This document shows, piece after piece, positions 45,090 to 64,000 of a stretch of DNA of 64,000 nt (its first letter is position 1; each line of letters starts with the position of its first letter). Both the position numbers and the translations under genes were made by a program. The notes under the pieces are model-generated. The model was not told where the DNA came from. It saw nothing but the letters and a program-made list of their open reading frames with translations, and searched no databases. Origin of the DNA: the human T2T-CHM13v2.0 reference genome, Homo sapiens; NCBI RefSeq assembly GCF_009914755.1, contig NC_060925.1. One strand, written 5' to 3'.

Positions 45090-46922
45090 GGTTAAAGAAA
45101 CTTTTGTGGAGCGAAATGAGTCTGGAACTCATTAGGCAATCAAGTATGTTCAAAGAAGAAATCCATAAGCATTTAGTCAAGACAGGCTGAGGGCCAGGCT
45201 CACCTGGGTACTGTGTTCTTAGCTTTAAAAAGGATAAATAGCAGCAGAGATATTGGTGATGACAGCTTTCAATATATCTCTTGAGTCACATTGCTCCAGT
45301 CTGTGTACAGGTGGCCTTGCAGTCTGTAGAGGTGGTACGCAACTGTCATCCTGGGTTATCCAGTCTCCATTTTCCTGACAGCTTTGCTTCTTTCCTGTGT
45401 TAGCTCCTTTGTTTCCTAAACCCTCATGTCTTCCTCTGTCTTGGTTGCCAGTAGCTTTTTGATGTTGAACCTCCTGGAATAATTATCTAATTCATTTCTT
45501 TTTCCTTTAGATATGTTTCCTGCAAGATTTATTCAACTTTATCTTCTACTTTTATTAAATTTTTCTTTTCTACTATTAGAGTTTAATCTCCAGGAGGTCT
45601 TTTTGAAGTCTCTGCATGTTTCTTTTTATACTATCCTTTCATTCTTTCAACAGATTTTCCTTGCCCTGCATAGTCTCTTTTTTTCCTAACATTGTTTTTA
45701 AATATTGATTTGGTTTCTTTTATGTTAGAGTTTTTCTCTGATGTCTAGTAATAATTAACTGTCTGCTGATGGTTAAAAGTGAGGGACTAAATAGCCAGTT
45801 AGAAGCTTTAAATGTATAGGCAGGTTGCCTTTGGGTGAGCTTCTTGGCCTTATTGTTGATGAACATCCTCATATCAGTATCAGGGTCTAAGGGGCACAGT
45901 CTTCCCACTGTGTTTGGATGGTAAGGGGTGAAGAAAACTGACTGAAGAGACTGCTGCATTCAGCATTAATTATGCATATTTTCACTTAATTCTCTTCCAT
46001 TTTTAATTTTACTTGTATTTGTATTTTATTTTACTTTATTTTTATCTTTTGAGATGGAGTCTTGCTCTGTCACCCAGGCTAGAGTGCAGTGGCGCCATCT
46101 CAGCTTACTGCAACCTCTGCCTCCTGGGTTCAAATGATTCTCCTGGCCTCAGCCTCCCGAGTAACTGGGATTACAAGCACCCATCACTGCCTGGCTAATT
46201 TTTGTAGTTTTAGGGTTTCACCATGTTGGCTAGGCTGGTCTCGAACTCCTGACCTCAGGTGATCCGCCTGCCTCGGCCTACCAAAGTGCTGAGATTACAG
46301 GCATGAGCCTCTGCAGCTGGCCTTATTTTCTTTTTCATTTTATTTTTTTATTTTTATTTTTTGGGGTCAGTCTTCCTCTGTCTCAAAAAAAAAAAAAAAA
46401 AAAAAAGCACCGCAGCCTCGACCTCCTGAGCTCAAACAATTCTCCCACCTCTGCCTCCCAAGTAGCTGGGACTATAGGCACATACCACCATGCCTGACTA
46501 ATTTTTTTACTTTTTGTAAAGATGCAGTCTCCCTATGTTGCCCAGGCTGGTCTTGAACTCCTGGGCTCAAGTGATTCTCCCACCTCGGCCTCCCCAAAAG
46601 TTGAGATTACAGGCATGAGCCATTGCACCCAACCCCTTCCATTTTTTGTACCATATCCCTACCATCAGTTGCCTTTTGCGACCCCTTTCCAGAGACCATT
46701 TGCTTTACACTTTCTTGGAAAACAGATTCCAAAATTCCGCCAGAGTTAGTGTAGGACAGACATTGAAGATCATGGAGTAGGGAAAGTGATAGAGGAATCA
46801 AACAGCTTTTACCTTGCTTCTCCTGATTTTAGGTCACCTCCCTTTCATCTCATTTCAGAGACCTGGATAAAATACAATGAATGTATTACTTGTTAACCTA
46901 TACTGGTGTATACTACCAGTTA

Positions 46923-47324
<402 letters not shown>

Positions 47325-49176
47325 CTACCATGATGCTCCACACCCCACTACTTTCAAAAATAGCTAATTCGTGCTTCTGCTTTCTTCCTCCCTTTTCAAC
47401 TGCTTATGGAGTTAACAGTCATTCTCCCAAGAGCATACCAGAACAAAAGGGACTGAAACCCTAGCATATCACTTATTTAAAAGTACTGAGTTGTGACTTC
47501 CTTCTAAAGATTTTTGAGGTGGAGGAGGATCTGCATACTAATTGCCTTCCCAAAATGTTTTAAATCATCTGAATACTTCATTAAGTTTCTATATACCCTC
47601 TCTTGTATAAATATGAACATGACTTGTTGAAAATACTTTTTTGGGTGTGTTTGGTGATTGTTTAATGAGATGTAGATTATCAGTTTGCATTCTGAATTTA
47701 AAGCTAGTTGCAAAGGCTTTATTCATATGCATGGCATTCTGGAAACAAATTTATAAGATAATACCTCCTTTTGATTAGAATTTGTATCATATAGGAAATA
47801 GGAGAAGTAGTTTGTTAAGGTAGCAAATAGAATTTATTATTTCCTAAACAAAGTCAATTATTTTTTTCTTATTCTGTATCTGAATTTATGAATTATTATG
47901 ATGATGCTATAAAGGAGTTTTTTTCTAGCTGTTTAAGAACATTTGCCAAGGAGCCAAACTCAAGACATAATGCACTTCAAAGTTCATGGGAAAACATTTT
48001 TGATGTTATGTTGTTATCACTTGAAGCTCAAAATATGCCAGTAACATAGTCCTTCCCTCCCTCCTCTTTAAGAATGAAAGACAAAATACAAGCTTAATTA
48101 GTTTTGAGGTCCTCAGGGTGTAGGAGTTAAATTCCTCCAGTATTACATGATGCCAAAATTGATGCTAGTTCCATTTTTTCTCCTAGTGGTCTTGATGAGA
48201 AATTTAATATAGCATTATTATAAATATATATTAAATATCCTCTGTCATCTTATTTCCTGAAGGGGTATAAAGGTCAACATGTTTTTACTGTTACATCCTA
48301 CCCACTGCCCAGTAGTAAACACACAATACATATCTGTATGTGTTTCTTCCAGTGGTTTTAATTTTTCTGCATAAGATAGAATTACCAATCTTAAGGAAAA
48401 CAGAGTACACAGGCACCAAATTCTGTGAACCTGAATAACAGATATTATGTAATTATTTTTTCTGTCAGTAGAAAAAGATGAGCTGTAGTAGTAGTAGTAG
48501 AAGCCTGGAAAGGCAGTAATGCTGACATTCTGGACTATTGCCTGTGTCCTCTCACCACTTTTTATCACTTCTGACTACGTCTTACTCCTAGAAAATCATA
48601 GCAAGTGGGATAGGTTGACTAAATGCATGGACTGGTTTCCATCTGAATTTATTGCTGCAAACTGAGCCCTTATCAATGTGTCATGCACCCTGGACAGACG
48701 ATGATATATGTCATACAAATGTTTTCTTCCAGCCTGTGGCTTGTCTATTTGCTTTCAGAGGCTTTTAAAGTAATGCAATCCAATTTAATCCATTTTCTCT
48801 TTTATAGTTCATAATTTTTGTGTTTTCTTGAAGAAATCTTTGCTTAACCAAAGATTAGGTTTTATTTTAAGTTGTTGATTCTTTTTGAGTTAATTTTTAG
48901 ATATGGTACAAAGTTGGAAATATTCTCCTTTGTCCACTGAATTACCTTGACACCCTGTTGAATTCCTGATGAAACTGGTAATTTTCTTTCTTGCTTTTTT
49001 TTTTCTTTTTTTTGCTGTTCCCCCCTTCCTTCCCCCTGAAATGGGTAATTTTCTAGGAAAATATAATTTGCCAAAGGAACTCAAGAAATAAAAATCCTAT
49101 GTAGACTAGTGTTAAAATGTGATTAGGCCAGGGGTTTTGTGGACAATTTAATTCATGTTGATGAAGCAGATGATTG

Positions 49177-49699
49177 CAGTAGTCCCTCCTTATTTATGGG
49201 GGATATACCAAGACCAAGAATGCCAGTGGATCCCTGAAATCATGGATAATACTGAACCCCAATATGTACTGTTTTTTTCCTGTATATACATACATACATA
49301 TGTACCTGTGATAAAGTTTGGATTATAAATTAGGCACAGTAAGAATTTAATAACAATAACTAATAATAAAATAGAACAAATAAGTAAAACAAAGATTACT
49401 TGAACACAAGCACTGCAATACCGCCACAGTTGATATGGCAACTGAGATGGCTGCTAAGTGATTAACAGGCAGTGAACACATACGGTGTGGATATGCTGGA
49501 CAAGGTGATGGATGATTCACCCCTGGGCAGGACAGAGCAGGATGGCATGAGATTTCATCATGATACTCAGAGTGGCACATGATTTAAAACTTACAAGTTA
49601 TTTATTTCTAGAAATTTTCCATATTATATCTTTGGACTGCAGTCAACCACAAGTAACTGAAACTGCAGAAAGTGAAACCACAGATAAGAGGGGACAGCT
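49177..49699 (-). mobile_element. MER44 (Tigger7) MITE, inverted relative to the 23.9-kb copy
   Basis: Terminus CAGTAGTCCCTCCTTAT; internal sequence is reverse-complementary to 23.9-24.2 kb. Confidence 0.82.
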
Positions 49700-49796
49700 C
49701 TATAATGCTATATCAATCAGTATAGCAGAGAAAAAGAAAGTATACCTGTTTATTTTATAAAGTTGGCAAAATCTTGATAACTAAAAGCTGACAGTC

Positions 49797-52600
<2,804 letters not shown>

Positions 52601-54163
52601 TAAAAGAGGATTGTTATCTATAGAAAATCTAAAGGAGTTATTTACAATAACAACCCAAATTATAAAATACCTAGGAGTGATCTCAGCAACATAGCCCATA
52701 TGATAAAACTAGAAGTGTGCTGTAGATAAATAAATAGATCCATTATGTCAAGTAATGGGAAAAACTGGAAAAGTTATTGGTGTCATTTATTCCTAAATTT
52801 ATTATATATGTTTAATACAACATTAATAGTTGAAGAGAACTTACATTAGCTTTTGATATTTGACAAAGTGATGATCAAATATAACTTAGAAAAAAATTAA
52901 AGCTAAGAAGTTAACAAACTCCCCTTTTTAATGGGTTTATGATGCCAGTTTGGTCACACTAAGTTTTGTAAGGTCTTGGGTGTATTTTTGGACTTTATGT
53001 TCTTTTCTGTTGAACAATTTGTCAGTTTTTGTACCAGTTCTACAATGTGTTTATTACTACAGTCAAAACAACGTCACTGGCTGACTTCTGCATGTCCTAT
53101 CTTATTCAAAATGACCTTTCATGATCAGAGCTTTGAGTTGACCCAAAGGCAGGGTAATTTTTACAAGATTACTGTTTGAAACGTCAATGAAACCAGAGCA
53201 CATGGGCATGTGCACATATATACACACACATACACACTCACATGTTATAATTGAGGCTTCCATTGAATGAAAGTAATGGTAGTATAATGGACCATCTTGT
53301 AGATGGTGCTGATGGCCTCTAATCCTCGTTGAAGATTCGTGGGTTTTTTTGTTTTTTTTTTTTTGATTCCTCATCAAACCAGTGTTTTATCTTGCGGTAG
53401 CCAGAGTAACATCATATCAGATTGTAATCTATAGCTATAGCTTTCCTTTTTACTATTGCATAAAAATTAATATTATATTTGACCTCTTTAAGAATTTTTA
53501 GATTTCTTATTTAGGTTTCCTTTAATGCTGCTATATTCTGTTTCTTTTCATTGATTTCTTAAAATAATTTAGATGCTCTAAAACGTAGGCCTGGCTGCTT
53601 TATTTTGTCCATTTCCCCGCACAGGGTGAGTCAGTCTTTTCCTCACTTCAGTTTAGAGCTCAGTAATCAAAGGGCACAAATAGCAAGAAGGCTTAAGAAT
53701 TATGTCTTAAATAGTATAAGACAAAAGTGGCACCAAAGGAAGGACATTCCTGCTAGGATGGGGAGCTTGGCTTAATACTAAAGGTGTGTATTTGTTTAGT
53801 TCTGGTTATAATCTCATAATACATCCGGGATACATGGCTTAATGTTGGTTTCAGTGAAGGCCAGTTACTATCCTAACCCCACCCCAAAGGTGAATGATGG
53901 ATGGATGTATGATTGGCTGACTGAATGACTTATTAATTCATTCAATAAATTTTTGTTGGCTCACTGCCCTTACTGCCATGCAGGAAAAAGATGAGTAAGT
54001 TACATTTTCAGCTCTCAAAGAGGAGATTGAGAACTTTTAATGTGAGACAGAGTGAAGTTATTTTATACAAATAAAAATACTTGTGTTATTGGAATTTCCT
54101 GCCATGTTATTCAGCATGATTTGTACTTGTGGAAATTATTAAAACTTAATTGTATAGCATGTG

Positions 54164-54481
54164 TAGTCAGCCCTCTGTTTCTGAGGGTTTCACATCCATG
54201 GATTTAACCAACCACAGATTGAAAATGCTTGGGGAAAAAATAATAATTATACAACAATAAATGATAATGCAATTTTTAAAAAATACAGTATAAAAACTTT
54301 ACATCACATTTACACTGTTAGGTATTATAAATAATCTAGAGAAGACTAAGTATTATGGAGGATGTGTATAGGTTATATGTAAACACTTTGCCACTTTATA
54401 TAAGGGACTTAAACATCCATGGATTTTGGTGTCCAAGGAGAGTCCTGGAACAAATCCCCCTTGGATACTGAAGGATGACTG
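54164..54481. mobile_element. MER2 (Tigger) MITE
   Basis: Inverted termini AGTCAGCCCTCTGT...GGATACTGAAGGATGACTG followed by TA. Confidence 0.8.
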
Positions 54482-54514
54482 TATTTCCCTTCTTTTCCTT
54501 TACTTTTTATTTTT

Positions 54515-54613
54515 AAGGCTAGTCAAATGAAGCAGTGGGAGGGGAGAAGGAACAAAGAAATCTTAAGTGGTTGTGATCAATTAGTTGTAAACCCCACTGC
54601 ATTCTGACCAGCC
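54515..54613 (-). pseudogene. Y3 RNA (RNY3) retropseudogene
   Basis: Minus strand reads GGCTGGTCAGAATGCAGTGGGGTTTACAACTAATTGATCACAACCACTTAAGATTTCTTTGTTCCTTCTCCCCTCCCACTGCTTCATTTGACTAGCCTT, about 7 differences from recalled hY3. A-rich tail; TTCTTTTCCT on both flanks. Confidence 0.93.
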
Positions 54614-54742
54614 CATATTTCTTTTCCTGTATCTGTGTTCTTTGAACAGTTTAGTGGCGATTTCTTTAGGGCAAGTTTTTTGTTTTACCGTGTTTGTTTT
54701 GTATCTAAAAAGAGAATTTGGTGACCCTGGGGAAATAGGTAA

Positions 54743-55113
<371 letters not shown>

Positions 55114-55367
55114 TAATCCCAGCACTCTGGGAGGCGGGAGGATCCCTTGAGCCCAGGAGTTCAAGGCCTTTCTGGGGCAACATAGCAAGACCTTGTCTTG
55201 ACAAAAAATAAACAGAATTAGCCAGGTGTGGTGGTGCATGCCTATAGTCCCAGCTATTTAAGTGGCTGAGATGGGAGGATTGTTTAAGCCAGGGAGGTCG
55301 AGGCTGCAGTGAAGCATGATCATATCACTACACTCCAGCCTGGGCAACAGAGCAAGATCCTGCCTCA

Positions 55368-55369
55368 AA

Positions 55370-55400
<31 letters not shown>

Positions 55401-55401
55401 A
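55368..55401 (+). repeat. (TAAA)n microsatellite in an Alu tail
   Basis: Direct reading. Confidence 0.95.
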
Positions 55402-55569
55402 TGAGTAAATAAATATCTTGCGCTCTCATAAAACATACTTGTACATTGCTAATAATAATGCTCCATGTAGCATAAGTATGGTTAAAAGGTTATATAAACC
55501 TGTGCTTCAGTAATTTTGGGTTTCTCATGAAAGACTATGGCTAGAGAGTTTTTGTTGTATATGTAGGTT

Positions 55570-55820
55570 TATGGTGTAGCAAAGAATGGAGACTCAGATC
55601 CAGATTACTTAGATGTGAATCCTAACTTTGCCAGTTTGCCAGTTTTTAACTTAGACCAGTTTACTCCTATGTGACTCAGTTTCCTCATATACAAAATGGG
55701 AATAATAAATGCTGTCTTGCTCATAGACTTGTAAGAATTAGACAAGTTAGTATATGTAAAATATTTAGAATAATCGTTGGGATTATAACACACGTTCAAT
55801 TCATGTTAGCTATTATTATT
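55570..55820 (+). mobile_element. MIR
   Basis: CTCAGTTTCCTCATATACAAAATGGGAATAATA core and AGCTATTATTATT 3' end. Confidence 0.8.
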
Positions 55821-56164
55821 CAAACAGAATTGGGAGAAGGAATACTTGGGAAGTTGAATTTAGTTTATTTTCTAAGTTTTAGCTTTCTTCAAATCTTTTC
55901 ACACATAACAGAGTAGATAAATTTGAACTTAACTTTATTTTATTTATGTTCTAATTTTTCAGATACCAGTTTTTACCATTTAGGGAAATGATCAGAAACC
56001 AGGAAACATAAATCAAGGAGAGAAGAAATAGAGAACAGAAATCAGCTTTGAGTGATTAAAAACTGGTAGTGCTGCAGTTTTGTCCTTCTAAGTGTTTCTT
56101 ACAGGAACTAGAAAAGCAGAGCTATTTTTAAAAATTATTAATTAATTATTTTTTTATTTTTATT

Positions 56165-59510
<3,346 letters not shown>

Positions 59511-60789
59511 TATAGTATTAGGAAGAAGACAGAGGAAGTTAATTTAGGAATGTGTTGTTTACTGCGGGTCTTCACTTATACATCATCTTCCCACTGAGGC
59601 CCTTCCGCTCACCCAGTTTATAATTTAGCACCCTTCCTTTCAGCCCACCTTATTTTCCTTTCCTCCCTTTTTTACTCTGTGGTACTTGTCACCATCTAAT
59701 GTAATGGGAAGAGGGCAGGGATTATTTTCCCCTGTTGTATTCACTGCTGTGTCCCAACACCTAGAATGATACCTGACACATTAGAGGTACTCAGCAAGTA
59801 TTTGTGGAGTGAATAAGTGAGGGTTGTGGTTTCTCAATAATTATAATCTAATTCATTTAACACTTATTTTGCATATAGCAAGCATTGAGTTAGATTAGTT
59901 ATATAGAGTACACTATGGTCACTACCCTTTCCATAGTAAAACATTTATTTCTTTGTGAGCTTCAAATCACTGACAAGAAAAAAATTTAGAAAACTAAAAA
60001 CATTTCTTTGAACCATTATTTAAAACAGAATATTGAATCGGTTAAATCATTGGTTGGAAGGGACTTGGCAATGATTTGAATCAGTTGTCTGATGTCACAT
60101 GGTGGTTTAAAGTTCCATCAGTGTCATTTACATCCTCTTCTCATTTCCCCTTTTCCTTCATCCCACAACATATGAACCTTTTGCTCACTTACTTTTTCTA
60201 CATCTTCTCATCTCCATTCAGCTAGTTCTCACTTTCTTCTAGGCCTGCCTTTCCCACTGACTTTACTGGACCTTAAGGAACTCCTCAAATCCCTATCCAA
60301 TATTAACTGAAACTTTCCTGTTGATTATGATTTCTTATAACTCCTTCCTCAGTTCCAGAATCTTCTCCCTATCCCCTGGGATATCCTCAAGAGCTTATTG
60401 GCCTGAAAACCAAAACTTGAAGAGAAAGCAACAAGGCAGAATCCCTATATCTCCAGTTTCTTTGAGTGTGATCTTTCATTTTGTGGAGCTGAAAGCCATC
60501 CTGCTGGCATAATTTCAGTTTCTCTCGCTAATAAAAGTCCAACATATTGTAGGTTTTAAACATATACATTACTTCATGCCTACCATTATTGAGAGAAGAA
60601 GAAATAATGTAGCTTCTGTGACATAAAAGCATGACAGAACCTCTCCAGTTTTTCCTAAAGAACTGTGGTGGTTTAATTTAAACTATTGGGGAGGTGGGGT
60701 TCATTTATATAGAGAATCTAAATGGAAGGAGAGGAGCCAAAATATATTAAGCACCTCTAATCATTAGGTAGTCTTTGGAAATTTTTCTT

Positions 60790-60950
60790 ATTTAATCCTC
60801 ATAACTCTATGAGCAGTTTTCTTCATTTTACAGATGTGTAAACTGAAGTGCATGTAAGTAAAGTAACTTTCCAGAGTAACCTAATCAGTAAATGGGAAAG
60901 CTGAGATTTTACATAGTTATATGACTGTAAACCCTGTGCTTTTTTCCATT
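60790..60950 (-). mobile_element. MIR
   Basis: TTTAATCCTCATAAC...CATTTTACAGATG...AAGTAACTT core. Confidence 0.7.
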
Positions 60951-61900
60951 GGTAAGCCATGCTGCCTTCTAGAAGTGGAGGCAAGGGAGGGAACAAGAGT
61001 TACAGCGTTTGATGTAGAATAGGAGGCAGTTTGTTTGTTTTTCACATCCAGTGAGCTAGCCACATAAATAAACCAGTATTATTTGTGGTAAGTGGCATGA
61101 GTATCTGGTGATTCCAGTGGCCCTGCCTTAACTTTAACCTTCTGTCGCTTTCAGCCTGTTCTTCAGGCTAGTTCACATGAAGTACAAACACTTCCTACTA
61201 AGGATCTTGAGCCTCACAGTTGTGATTAAATGAGGGAGTATGTGAAGCTTCATATGACAAATCTATCCCCTTTCTTACTACTTGCAAAGCAGTATGTTCT
61301 CAAAAACCACATGAACATACCATTTTTTCCCCACAAAAGCAAGAGTTTCACAGCAGCTCCCAGGATTGTGTGGAATGATAGAGTAGTCTATGGTCTCGAC
61401 GTTTTTTCTGGCCTCCGTGAGAAAAGTTCCACTGTTGGAGGTCGGAAGAAATGTAGAGATGATGGGCTATTCTATCCATGGTAGAATAGTGGATGAATAG
61501 CCTACCTTGGATGAATATAGTGGATGAATATTCTGCCAGGGTAAAATAGTCTATGGTAGAATAGAATCTCTGAGAAAAGTTTAAAATTAAAGAATGCTGT
61601 TTCTTTCCTTATACTCAAGATTAATAATACTCGGTGCGTGTATACTGTACATCAAATGTGACAAGCATTGAGAGTTTAAGGATAAATACATCATGGGCCC
61701 TGCCCACAAGGAATTTCTAGCTTAATTGAGAAGTCTGAAGATTACTGCATTTCAGGCTGGTGTACTTAATAACAGAGTATGATAACTTAGGCACTGTGCC
61801 AACATATATTGGTAGGTGTAAGTGTGTCTAGCTTTGTCCTGAGGTCAGAGAAAAAAACTTTTTTTTGGTGGTGTGTCCAGAAAACCATAGTTATGATTAG

Positions 61901-64000
<2,100 letters not shown>

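Noticed and set aside
61155-61237. Cryptic exon after CTTTAACCTTCTGTCGCTTTCAG with a GGA|GTATGT donor
   Set aside because: Immediate in-frame stop, the donor lies in MIR-like sequence, and such motif pairs are common by chance in long introns.

Overview
This is primate, almost certainly human, genomic DNA. It is very Alu-dense (on the order of 100 Alu copies or fragments) and covers the 5' end of one + strand gene. The gene has a CpG-island promoter (~1.35-2.35 kb), a non-coding exon 1 ending at a GTAAGT donor (1659), a 37.6-kb intron, and a 54-nt exon 2 (39241-39294) carrying the start codon (ATG GAA GAT CCA TTT G = MEDPF). I recognise MEDPF as the N-terminus of PHACTR4. The rest of the window is intron 2. 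Almost all ORFs in the supplied track are Alu, L1 or GC-rich artefacts. Recognisable relics include L1PA/L1MA/L1MB/L1PB and L2 fragments, MIRs, THE1, LTR33 and ERV1-type solo LTRs, Tigger (MER44, MER2, Tigger3) and hAT (Charlie1, MER1, MER3) DNA transposons, and a Y3 RNA retropseudogene. I found no new protein-coding system. The most striking unexplained structure is a ~0.9-kb inverted duplication, ~95% identical and mostly of sequence I cannot assign to a repeat family. Its arms (37512-38398 and 41526-42891) bracket the start-codon exon in a ~3.1-kb loop. Around it lie several other locally templated copy events: an ~80-bp and a 77-bp kb-range templated insertion, a perfect 125-bp tandem duplication and fold-back scars. 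Two strong-context in-frame CUG codons also lie upstream of the AUG. Repeat family names come from my recollection of consensus sequences, not from a database search.
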